DNA from: Octopus sinensis | Lineage: Eukaryota | NCBI RefSeq assembly: GCF_006345805.1 | Contig: NC_042998.1 | Location: 90,768,001 to 90,832,000 of the forward strand | Length of the DNA stretch: 64,000 nucleotides | Direction: 5' to 3' | In this document: positions 38,201-51,500 of the stretch, piece by piece | How positions within the stretch are numbered: position 1 is the stretch's first letter | Layout: each line of letters begins with the position of its first letter | Notes under the pieces: model-generated | Database searches by the model: none | Told to the model about the DNA's origin: nothing | The model's input: the letters and a program-made list of their open reading frames with translations, nothing else | Translations under genes and position numbers: made by a program

Positions 38201-41200
38201 ATAATCTTACATATCAAAATCTAACTATTGAAAATTGCAAAGATAAATAGCATGCAGCTATAGTAGAAGACCCTTGCCCAAGGTGCTGTACAGTGGGACT
38301 GAACCCGAAACCACATGGTTGCAAAGTGAACATCTTATTGACACAACCATGTCTGCATCTTATATTTTTTATATATATTTTTGCACTGATATTCCACTGA
38401 AATATATATTTCTTTAAACCTGTTTATCTTGCTTAAGACTAAATTATGGAAGTGGATTGACACTTATCATCAATTAGAATTATTGAAAAGCAAGCAGCAG
38501 AGTTACAAGCCTTGTCTTTAGACAAGACTCATGACCCTACTTGTCTTTTAAACTATTATGACATAAGACATACATAGGAGATCAGCATTTTCCATATAAT
38601 GTTACTTACCCGAGAACAAATCATCTCTGTCACTCTTTCCTCTCTTTTTCATACCTGAAATATCAAACATAATTCATCGATTAGTCGTGAAACTTTAAGC
38701 ACACAGAGTTAGTTATCTTGCCACAGGACAAAGTATAACATTTGGAAAGATTTATAAGATAACACTAGCTGAATGATAACTAAGTTATTGTACTAAATTC
38801 TTTGTTATATTTAAAGTAATTGAAAGAAATACAGAGCATCTCAAAATAATACAGTAACGTTAATGTCAAAAATAATCTGCACTTTTGCCAAAATTTTCTT
38901 TAAACTGTCTACACTGCCTTCAGTGCTCACATGCTAAAAGGTGATTGTGGTTAAGTAACAAAGGTTTAACCTTGATCGCTCCAGTTTTCTTCCTTATGTT
39001 ACTGAGTAAACATGACCACTCCACTGGTAGTGTGCACCAAAGAAGAACAGAGATCAGTGATTTGAATTCATGGGTCTGAAAGTGTGTCAGGGGCTGAAAT
39101 TCATTGAAGACTTCCAGTTCCATATGATAAAGCTGCTCTACTGCATAGAAGTGTGCATGTGTGGAATGAGAAGTTTAAAAATGGCCAGACAAGTGTGACA
39201 TGAAGATTCAACAAGCTTGAGAGATGGTTATGGTGAACTAATGAGTGGCATGTTCTCTACAAATTAGTCACGTTTCTGCATATGAAATCATTCATGACAA
39301 ACTTCACTTCCATAAAGTCTGTGCCAGATGGGTGCTAAGAGTGCTAACCAGAATACATAAATACAATTATGTCAATGCATATTCAACCACTATGATAAAG
39401 GCAAAGCTTTTTTTTTTTTTTGAAGAGAATAGTCAAAGATGAAATATGGGTATGTCAAAATCAAAAAAAACGGAGTATGAAATGGAAACACCCAAAATCA
39501 CCAGCAAAAAAGAAATTCAAGAATCAATCTTCCACAGAAAAAGTGATGCTAACTGTTTTTCGGGGTGCAAAAGAACCTATACTGGAACATTACCTAAAAA
39601 AGGGGGTCTCCAGTTATCAGGAAGGCTACAGTGAAATGCTGAACAACAAACTGAAACCAGTAATTCATACCAACACCAAAGTCTATTGTCAAAATTCTAC
39701 TGACAATATTGGCAGAGTGACTGTTATAGCCATATGGATAGACTGCAACAGTGTAATAACAATATAATCGAAATAAGTAACCACACAGAATGTAACAACA
39801 ATCTTCTAAGATCCAACAATCCAACATGCTAACTCAAACTGTAAACTTTGAACTATCAACACATGAACTGTGGAACTAGCATGAACTACCTCACTTACTC
39901 AGACTGCTACTATTTGTAGCGGTCCAGTCCATTCTTGCCAGGGGGCATCATACTGTCACACAACATCTCCCCTTTTGAGATTCCGTGTTCCAAAGGAATA
40001 AAGAATTTTTTTTTAACATCTTTCGCTTGGACATTATCTCAAGGTGTTCAATCTGTTTTCTTTTTCTCATGTTGGTTCTTTTGGTACCAGTACATCGAAT
40101 ATTTCACAGAATACTTCCATGGGAATTTCTTCCTGATCTTGGGTATGCCTCTTCCTTAGTTGGTTTATATGTCTCTTATGTTCACAATGTGACCCTTTAA
40201 TTAGATACATCGTACTTCAAATTTTTCTAGTAACAAGGCCATCTTCCCAGCCTTCTTTATTATTTCTATAAGTTTTGAAATGCATTTTATCACCTATCTT
40301 GATGTATTTCGTTGGTTCTTTCATATTTCCTTTATGTTTTTTTTCTTTGGTAATAGAATATTAAAAATGGATTTTTTTATTCTTCTTGCAAACATCAATT
40401 CGGTGGGAGACTTCCTTGAATTTGTACTTGGATTGGGGGGTCACTCTGTATATTCTTAAGAAATTTGTCAGTGCTTCATCATTACTTAATTTGTTCCTCG
40501 CTTTCCTTAATGCTCTCTTAAAAGGTGTCCACAAACCTTTCTACCTGCCTGTTTGACTTTGGGTGGTAGGGTGGAGTGAAAATATGCTTTATCGCATGCC
40601 TTTTACAGAAGTTCTTGAATTCATACCCAAAGAACTGTGCTCCATTGTCTGAAACTAGCGGGTCAGGGACAACATATTGTGCAAACAATTTGTATGAGAA
40701 CTTTATAGTTGTCTCAGAGGTTGGTCTATAGCACCTGCAAACTTCCAGCCATTTAGTACAGCTGTCTACTACAATTAGGTAGTAAGCGCTGTTTACCAGT
40801 CTTGCATAGTCAATGTGTAATCTAGACCATGGGTCCTCTGTCTCTGGCCACAACTGATGTTTTAATGGTGGGGCTTTGGCCACAAGCATGCAACCTTGGC
40901 ACGTTCTCACCAAGTTTCCAATATCTCAGGCCATAGACAGCCAATAGACATAACTCCTCATCAAAGCCTTCATCCTTGCCATTCCTGGATGTCCACTATG
41001 AAATTTTTGCAATACACCTTTTCGTTATGTAGTTAGAACCATCACTCTTTGGGTAAACATCAGAATATCATCGCAAATTGAAAAACTACTGGCATCTGAA
41101 TTTTTTAAAATTATTTTTGAAAGCTTCTTTTATTTTCGTAATATACTCATCACCTACAGCTTTCATTCTTATATCCTGTGCTATCTCTGAAACTAGATGA

Positions 41201-44200
41201 AATAAAAAAAAAAAAATAGCACTTTTAATTTCACTTTCTACCTGCAGTGCGGCTACAACAGTCTCTTCTAGTGGTTCCATATTTTTTGGAATTAATCTCA
41301 AAAGGCAGTCCACATGGTCAACATTTTGTGATGGAATGTATTGCATTTTGAAATTATAACTTAGAAATATTACACCCCAACATTGCAGGTGGTTCGCAGT
41401 ATGAGTCAGTACCCCTTTTTTAAACCCATAAATCGACAGCAAAGGTCTATGGTCTGTTTGCAATAAAAAGACTTCTGCCATGCAGAAACCTGTGAAATTT
41501 TTAAACTACAAAAGTAATTTCAGGGGCCTCCTTTTCAATTTGATTATATCTCTTCTCTGCCACTATTAGCAAGCACGAAACACAAACCACTGATTTTGTA
41601 CTTCTGTCTTCTGTATTTATGAAGTAGAACTGCACCTAATCGATGCTCAGAAGCATCAGATGCTACAATGATGTCCATTTTGGGATCGTAATGTGCTAAT
41701 GACAGATCTGAGATTAGAGTTTTTTTTTATTTCTACAAAAGAGTGAGGGCATTTAGTGGACCAATTCCACTTTGCTCCTTTTTTTAACAAGTTGTTCAAT
41801 GGAGCTTTTAACTTGTGCATATTAGGAATGTAGTTTTGACAATAGTTTGCCAACCCAAGAAATGCTTGTAAAGTTCGAATATTTGTTGGCGCAGGCATAT
41901 TCCTTATTGTGTCTGCCCTTGACAGGTCGGGACATCTACCATTTTTATCAATTATTTGCCCTAAGTACTTAATTTAGGGTAGAAAGAATTCACATTTTTC
42001 TTCACTCAAAGTGAACTCGAAAACTTTAATTTTCTTAAACACAGCTTTTATATGTTCCACATGCTGTTCAAAAGAATTACTCTTGATGTTTTAATGGTGG
42101 GGATTGCAAATTCATAATCAGATAACATAGTATCCATGATTTTCTGGAATATTGTTGGTGCCACTTTTAATCCAAAAAGTAATCATGTGTCTCTGTGTGT
42201 ATTTATTGTCAAATACTTTGAGCATTTTCATTTACTTCTATCTGTAAATAGGCTACAGACAGATCTAATTTGGAAAAACTGTCTCCACCATTTAACTTTG
42301 AAAAGATGTCCTCTGTAGTTGGGAGTGGATGGTGGTATGTTTTTAAGCAGTCATTCGATCCTGTAGAGAAATTAGCACACAGCCTAATCTTATTATATAT
42401 ATATGTTTTTTAATAGATACCATGGGTGCCGCCCACTTCGAGTAATCCACCGTTTTTGATGACTCTACTCTTTGAGTCTGTCAAACTCTTCATTTATAGT
42501 TTCAATTGCCACGAACAGTACTTTGCTGTTTGCTTTAAATACAGGTACAGCGTTTTCATCTACTTGGAAATAGGCTTACACCTTTTTACATAGACCTAAA
42601 CTCTCTGATAACATTTGTAGGAACATAACATTTTTTTCAATTTTTTCTTCACTTCTTCCAAAGACTTGTTTTAACTGGACAACTATTTGTTATTGCAGAA
42701 ATATTTATGGAGAGGTGCCATAAATCGAATAGTTCTAACCAATCTGTGTTAAACAGATTAATAGTATTATCCACAATGAATAATTTTGCTTCACATGTCT
42801 CTCCTCAAAATGTGATGTTGATATTCGTTTTGCCCATGAAATGCAATTTATCACCCGTTACACCATGTGCTATTTTCAATGTTATATGTAATCTTGGCTT
42901 ACCAATTTTTTTTCCAAGTATCTGCATTTAAACCAAGATGTCACTACCTGTGTCAATTGTAATTTGGTATTCACATAATTTATTTTTATGTGCACGAATT
43001 TTCTTGTTTTTTTCTTTGTCACAATCACACACTGCTGAAAACACCTTGGAACATTTCATGTTTGAGCCTCATAGTCTTGTTCTACAATGAGAACTCTTGT
43101 GTCCCAGCTTCTAACAACTACAGAAATTTTTGTTTCTAAACAGACAATCCTTTTTGTAGTGTAGGCCTCCGCAACCATAAAATGGACTGGGGCCTGACAC
43201 TTTTGTGCTTCCCAGGACGATGCATTTGAATTTTTGCAGAGTCTTTATCTTGTACTTTTTTCACATCATATTCAAGATTTACCATAGTCTGACATTCTTC
43301 TGCGATGATCTGTAGAGATAAATCCTGGTTCACATGCTCCATTTTCGAGAGAATCCTTGCCTGAATTTCTCTGTCTTCAGGTGCTATAAGTCCTTGCACA
43401 AAGATAAGTGATTTGAACATATCCTGAGTGAGATCCTGGAGTTTGAAATTTTCGCTCTGGAGATGTGCTGTGACTGCAAAGACCCGGGCTGCTTCCTGCA
43501 CCAGTTCCGCATAGCCCCTGCCCATTCAAAGTACCTTGGATCCCAGAACATCCCATGTGCTTGAGGAGACCTGTTGAGTCAAGTACATGTACATGAACAT
43601 CGAAACAAATATCAATGGAAATAGTAGTTGTGATACCTGTGCCAGTGGCACATAAAAAGCACCATCCGAACGTGGCCGATGCCAGCGCCGCCTCGACTGG
43701 CTTCTGTGCCGGTGGCACATAAAAAGCACCATCTGAACGTGGCCGATGCCAGTGCCGCCTTGGCTGGCTTCCGTGCCGGTGGCATGTTAAAAGCACCAAC
43801 CGATTGTGGCCGATGCCAGACTCCCCTGGCACCTGTGCCGATGGCACGTACAAAGCACCTACTACACTCGCTGAGTGGTTGGCGTTAGGAAGGGCATCCA
43901 GCTGTAGAAACACTGCCAGATCAGACTGGAGCCTGGTGCAGCCCCTGGCTTCCCAGACCCCGGTCGAACCGTCCAACCCATGCTAGCACGGAAAATGGAC
44001 GTTAAACGATGATGATGATGGTTGACTACTCCAGTGTAGGTGATAAAATCATCCTCTTCATTTTTTGTTAAGCTCCAACATTCCATTCTGGTATTAAATA
44101 ATGAACTATCACAAAAAACTTTTGAAAGCAGTTCCTTGGACTCTTGGAAACTAATCTTACTCGACTTTTTGGGTAGAATAAAGTTATAGTAAGGCTCATG

Positions 44201-45541
44201 TTTGGTAGGAGATACCTTGCATAGTAAAAGCTTTATTTTCTGCTCCTCTAACCATGACCTGCATTCATTAAAAATTTCCTGGTATCTTCTATAATACACA
44301 GGAAATGTAATACCCTCCTCCAGATTATACATAAATTCAGAAATTGAGTTAGCCATGCCATCTGGCATAAACAAGATACTGGATTTTTGGACTTTGCTGA
44401 CTGTAACTCAATTAATTGTTATTGTTGTAGTAGTAGTATTTGTTTTTCCATTTCCTGTAGTTGTTCCTGTTCATTCTCTTGAAGCTGTACTACTGCAGCT
44501 ATTAGGTTTTCTATGATGCAGAAATTGTCAAATAACCAATGTGAGTTTCAGATGATCCTCATCGCCAGATGTTATATCATTATGGATAAACGAACACACT
44601 GCAACAGTGTAATAACAATACAATCGAAACAAACAATAGTAATCACATGGAATGTAACAACAATCCTTTAAGAACCAACAATCCAACATGCTAACTCAAA
44701 CTGTAAACTTTGAACTATCAACACACAAACTGTGGAACTAGCATGAACTATCTCACTTAAACAGATCGCTACTAATTATATACAATGGTCCAGTCCATTC
44801 TCACCAGAGGGCATCGTGCTCTTGCACAACAGTGACAGATGAAATGGATGGTGATGTTTAGCTGCATGCCTTTATGATCAGAGTTCAAATCCTACTGAAT
44901 TTGATTTCAACTTCATTTTTCCAGTGTTGACAATAAGCACCACCAGTTAAGTATATACTGGAGGTGATCTGCTCAGCTATATGTATCTTTCATTTTTGAA
45001 GTTTTATGTCTATATAAGATATCAATAATACAGACCATCTGCTACCTATAGGAAGATAAGATGTTACCTCTCTCCTTCGTGTCTAATTGTAGTTATTGTA
45101 TCTAGTTGCAAATTATATTGTCAAAGTAAAGTACAGAATGATTTATGTCTGCTTTGGTATATACCAAAAGAGATGGAAATATATTCTGATAAAATTTAAT
45201 GAATATTCTAGTGTTGCTCCAAATCCACCAATGCTCTGCTCAAAATAAAATCGAAATAAGATCCTTTCAAATCTCCCTTATGTCAGCTCAGTAAAGTTGT
45301 AAATGAAACTACCCCTAATTATCTTTAAACTTGGCATAAAGTAGCATAAAGTAGGAAGAGAGAAAATGAAAGAGACATGCCAGGGGCGAAGGGAGAGTAA
45401 CCTACCTTTATTTATTTTTTCTTTAAAAGACTTGAAGAAACCTTTCTTTTTCTCCCCTTTAAAATCACCATCAAAGTCCTGCAAGTATATCCAACAGAGC
45501 TACCTTCAAGTATCACAAACACACAGCTGTGTATATGTATG

Positions 45542-45588
<47 letters not shown>

Positions 45589-48500
45589 AAACAAGGTGAT
45601 TAATAAGTGTTTAGTATACACAATGTAACAGTGCATTTAGAAATATCAGACAACAGATGACATGCAATAGGGTACAGTTTCACAGAGTAAAAATTAACTG
45701 TAAAGCAAAAATTTAAATTTTTAAATTATTCATCAAAATCAAAACAAGCAAACAGTAGTTACTGAGACAAAGGTCTCTCTTTTTATGCATCCATTTATAG
45801 AAAGTAAATAAAAGCACAAGAACATACATTAATAACCCATTCGAAAATTGATAGTAGGCTTTCTTTCAGTCAAGAAATTTAATCAAGTAAACAATGCAAT
45901 TTGTTCATTAAATAGTAGGATATATCCAACTTTATAATGAATTTGGTGTGTGTGGGTGTGAATAATGGGAAAACACATAACAGCTAACCAGCTTACAAAA
46001 GCTCTATCACCAATTAAGAAACATTCATTCTTTAGCCATTTTAATAGCTTAGACAAACTCGATCACTGTTAAATAAATATAATATTGTTGTAAAAAATCT
46101 ATCTTATTATGAGGAGGCCTTCAAATAGAAGCAGTAGGGTAGCAATATAACAGTATAACAGCTTTGAAGTAAACTACATCATGATACAGGCAACATTTTA
46201 GAAACATTAGCAATAATTTTGATCAATAAAATACAATTTCAAATTTCAACCAGATTATAACTTCTAAGTGTCAAAATGTATCTGGGGAAAATTTGAAACT
46301 TCATTATTTTTGTATATTATAGAAACTTATCTGGTACGCAACATAACACTGACATCTTAAGGCATGTTTTCTAAATATAATCCATTACAGTAAGAAACAA
46401 TTATTTAATACAACCTAAACAAACAAAGCAACTAAGATATCAGTGTATTGTCATGCAGACAAACATTAAAGCTGATAGCTACAAAAAGATGCTTTTGGCC
46501 TACAATATTTCTAATTGATGAAGGAATTAAGTTTTAACACAAATCTTACCAATATAGCACTACACAGCTCAGACATAACCTTCAATAAATCCAAAGATAA
46601 CCACATTAAACTGGCTTTATATGAAGATATATTTTCCAGAAAATGTTTCAATAAAAGCATTTATCATACAGTGACTAAGTATGTTTGTGAGTATCGTATA
46701 TCTAGAGAGAAAGAAAATGTTATTTGTTTTTTTTCTTTTTCTACACAAAATATAACCCTCCCCAACTTTTTTATAATACAAAATTTTAACTGGTTTCAAA
46801 AGCATACTCCACAATTTTCACATAAGCAAAAATATCAAAACATACATAAAATTAAAAAAATAACTTTAAAAGAAACTTTGCGTAAAACTTTGAAAAGCAA
46901 AAAGCATGTAAGCAGTTAAATGAAAAAAACAAAACAAAACAAAACAAAATATATATTAACACAATTAAAACATTTATATGTAAGCACATACATGCATACA
47001 TATGCATACACATGCATACATATACATCCACATGCACAAAATTTGTAACAGTAGTTGGTGCACACATGAATATAAGTCTACATTATATGTATATATATAT
47101 TTCTTAATCATCTAATGATTTCATTAAGTTGACAGATCTTGTAGGTATTACTGACTAACTAATATTACAAACTGATACTAGTTTACTGAGTATTCCTAAA
47201 AGACAATCTATTGAAAGCTACTGAGAAATTCTGCAGATTGAGACAGGATCTGAACCAGGTTGCATCTGGCAGTAGCTAGGGATTTATGAGCCAATAAACA
47301 AGTTTGGAAAGAATGACTAAGACTGCATAAGTAAAAAGCCATATCAAGAAACATGATAATAGAGCATTAAGTTTATATAACCAAACAAGAAGTTGAATGT
47401 AGGAGATTCTAATTAATGTTTTGCACTATAAAGGTAATGGTCATAAAGTTTTCTGAATTGCAAAATATTTCATTTGTATGAACCAGATGTTATTTGTAAA
47501 TAAATGTGCCAGAAATGAGACAGGTGTATTTGCCTTAAGGTAACTTTAGAAAGAAAAGGAAATGCTGCTACAGTAGATGGCTGAATGAGAATTAGCTCGA
47601 GTGAAACCTGCAGAGAAGACATTTATTGAGATTACTTACAGCATAGTTAGTAAGGCTATTAAAAAGATGAAAATGGGGAAAGCAACAGCAACCCCAGGGA
47701 TAGATGCTGGGATAGAAAGTATCAGGCTGTATTGATCAAATAATAGTCCTCAACTTAGACAAGTTTTTGTTTAGCCCAAGGTCATCCTATCAAGCAGGCT
47801 TATGATTGAAAGCATTTCAGCCTTGACTGTTACTCTTTTTAAAAGACTCTAGAACTATATTAAATACTTTCTTTTTTTTCCAAGATGAGAGGGTTAAAGA
47901 AGATTTAGCCATTATTTCTCACAGTTCTAGAGACAATAGAGAGGATCCTCTTTTGTTATTCGTATTCCTTAATTAGTTATCAGTTAGTGCAGAGAGGTGC
48001 TATTTTCAATGATTGACAAGGCAGTATTATTATAAGTATTATTGTAAGTTATACTGAAGAGCAGCAACTACAGAAGTTGCAAACAGATAGACCAAATCTT
48101 AAAAGAAGCTGAGAAAGACTCAGCAAAATTAATATGGAATAGGGTTGATTTGGATATGATGTAGCTTGTGTTTGAATATAAGAGGATGCATACCATAATT
48201 CATGTGAGACAACAGTAAGTTCTTAGCTTAGAAAAAGTCAGTTTACTTCACATTCTTCAATTTGGAAAAAATCTTTGGCAGAATCCCACATTTTGTAGTC
48301 TGGTGACTACAATGAAAATCAAATGAAGGTGAATGACCTGTGAGAGTCATATGAACCAAGTTAAAATTGGCAATGAGTAAACTCTCTTCAGCCTTTAACT
48401 GTTTACTGCTGCTGTTATTGAGAATATAGCATGAGTTCAGAGCTGAATGACCTAAGGAAGCATAGAAAAAGTTTCAAATTGGGAAGAATGATTCAGAGAA

Positions 48501-51500
48501 CAAAAATCTCATTTTCAACTAGTCAGAAACCAAAGTACTAGTAAGTAAAAGACACCAGTGTCCTTTGGGAAGTGACCTTACTCAATATGTATGAAACCAG
48601 AAGGCAGGTACTCAATATAGAGTACTCAATGCAAACAATGGTTACACAAAAGATGTTGTGTGTTCTCTGGTAAGTTGACTGGGGATAATTTCAAATGTGT
48701 CAAAATGTACTGGAATATTTGAAGTATGTGGCCATATCAGTCAACTCATAAAATGTTGTTGATAGTTTCTGTTCCCTAGGACACCTTACTAATGTTAGGA
48801 ATTGTTGTGATATAGTGAGAAAAGACAAGAAAAAAGTGGTAGAAGCTCAAGAAATGTTTATCTTTGTTGGTAAAAGAATGTGTTTTTTCTATCAAAAAGT
48901 AGATTGTATGAGACACATGTAAGAAGGGCACGGAGTGCAACTGAGTTGCAACAGCAGTAGGGCACTAAAGACACTGTAAGCAGAAGACACAGGTGCATTG
49001 ATATGGATATTTATTGCAAATAGACAACAAATGCTCAGTGAATGAGTGATATATCTTTAGAGTTAGATCTGGTCCAGGAATTTAAGCAAATGGGACTCGT
49101 TCAGTTCAAATTACAAAGGAAATATTCACTCAATGCTTATTTATTGAGCTAAAGATCTACAATGTTCCTCTATATATGTATTTGTAGTCTGTGCTCTTCC
49201 TTTTACAAATGTTTGTTAACCTTGCTTTCAAAAGTGGAAATGCATGCAAAAGAATAAAAAAAACCAAAGCAAAGAGTAGAGTTTAAAAAAAAATAATATT
49301 CAGTGAAACATATAGTGTAATAGTGCGAAACATTTTGCATTAGCCACATGTTGTTTGGTGCCAAATTTTAATGAAGTTACTTAAACATGAAATTTAAATT
49401 GATATTTTGTGAAAAAGGAGAGATAATGATAACCATGCTTGAGATATGAGAGATAACAATTTTAAAATGTGAAATAGATGTTTAAAAATTAAAAAGAGAG
49501 GTAAGAAATCCTGAAAGCAGAAATAAAAAAGGCCAGCAATAGCTTAAAAAATTTATTAGAGAAAAATATACCCCTTAAAATATGTTCCTTAATTGATGAA
49601 AACAATGTAGAATGTTGACGGATGTATTGAAAGAGAACAATAACAATGTACAATGATAAGACATAACTATTTGTACAGAAATAAATTATAAAATAACTTA
49701 AAAGGAAGATAGAGGAAAGCTAAAAAATAAATCAGAAACAAGAGAAAAGGGGGAAAAAAACCTAACTAGAAAGAGTGATGAAAAATTTAATAAAAAGGCA
49801 CACTGCTAACAACATAATCCTGATAATAATCAAAACAGCATAAAGAAAGATACTTCGTGGCATGACCTATAGATCAATACTAAAATAAGTACCATCGCAG
49901 CAACTAACAGAGCAGGTACAGATTTGATATTAAACAAGAGTGATGAAACACCTAAATAAATCTTAGTATAATAATAGAAGAGGATATAAGTCATGAAAAA
50001 TTACATGACCATAAACAGATTATTTTCTTCTGGAGGATACCAAGTAAAAAAAAAAGACTAGTTTTAAATAAATAAACAAATATGAAAGTTATAAAAGCTA
50101 TGAATTATTGCCTGGCTTATGAAGATATGTTGCCTTGAGGTTAAGCTAGTGGGTGCATTTCTCAGATTAGGCAGTGCACAACTATTTAATTTTACAATGT
50201 TCCATTTCACACAGCTGAAAATGAGTACCAGCAGGAGCTGGGGGGAAACTCTACAATGGATTGGCAAATCGCTCAGAAGAAGTTTTATACTGTCAGTGGC
50301 CTACATTCTTTGGAAAATCAGATAAGTCTGTAGTCTTGAGGTAGATTTTATTTATTTTTTTAAAAATGAAAATGAAGGTACAGAAAACAAAACATCTAAA
50401 GGAGTTGAAAGAGAGAGGAGATGACCATGAATCAAGTGACAGGCAATGCAAGTGTGAAAAGTAGACTGGGTTCAGATGAGTTACGAGAATAGAAGAAAAC
50501 AAAAATTTCAAGAGAAACCATTGAGCGATGCAGAAAGTAATGAGCTACTGATATCAATGAAACAGAGAGAGAGAGAGAGAGAGAGATCATTTTCTCAATA
50601 CTAGCAAGCAGTAGCAATGTAAAATAACGTATGATTACATTTTCCCTCAGAAAACAAATAAAGCTAGCTTTTGGCCCATTTAACAGCATGACATAAAAAA
50701 TAAAGATTTGCAAAGCCAAAGAAACAATTATTAAAATTACAACAGATAAGAAAAAGAAAAACATAATCAAAAATTAAATATTCTAACTTCAAGCTATTCG
50801 TTTTGATAATATTCTAGCCATCAAATGGTAAACTAGTCATGTAATGTGGGACAAAGAACCCAATAATACTCATAAAATGAATTAACACTGACCTTTGCTT
50901 CAAGGCAAATTGAACAAAAATTCATTTCAGTGTTTTTAGGGAAAATGCTTAAGGGATATATATATATATACACACACATATATATATATATATATATAGA
51001 TAGATAAATAGATAAAAACACATCTGTTAAAATAACAGTATTCATGGCAGGCAGTGCACAAAAGTCTGAATACTAGGATTATAAATATATGTTCCCTTAA
51101 AACAGAGGTAAAAGTGAAAAGTTTACCTGGTCTATGTCCAGTGGATTTTTCGTTGAGAAATTATGGGAACCTCTTAAAGAAAAAGGTGTAGCAATATCTA
51201 CTCTCTTGCTTGATTGAGTATGATTTGATGCAAGAACAGTAGCTGGCTCAGTATTGCCTTCATGGCTTGATGTCTGTTGCATACTCTCAACTGGAGTAAA
51301 CACCTCATCAATCAACTGAGAACTCCAATTAGCAACTGAGTTTTCTGGTAAAGAGGTTCCAGCTACTTCAGCATTAAAGCTGGGGGCTATAGCCCCAGTG
51401 CTGCTACTACTACTACCACCACTGTCTTCTTGATTGCTGTTGCTGCTAACAAGGGGATCAAACACACGCAAGGCAGCAGATAATCTTTGTTCATCTAGTC

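Larger units (their letters stand above)
39722..44831 (-). mobile_element. Ty3/Gypsy (Mag-like) LTR retrotransposon, structurally complete, ORFs decayed
   Basis: TG...CA LTRs at 39722-39965 and 44570-44831; 5-bp TSD GTGAC (39717-39721, 44832-44836); PBS 44555-44567; PPT 39966-39976. Domain order gag with zinc knuckles, protease IDTGSD (~42950), RT (WAAPMV, FLGLANY), RNase H (TDHRPL), integrase (HPG...CQGC, LHIDYA, VSDNGAQF, VERFV). Many stops and frameshifts. Confidence 0.93.

Noticed and set aside
43640-43860. Repeat-spacer pattern resembling a CRISPR array (also 16220-16470)
   Set aside because: Eukaryotic context, no cas genes, spacers are mutually similar, and the array is internal to an RTE-LINE 3' UTR.
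46515-46919. 134-aa + strand ORF
   Set aside because: A/T-biased intronic sequence with a non-ATG start and no recognisable domain.
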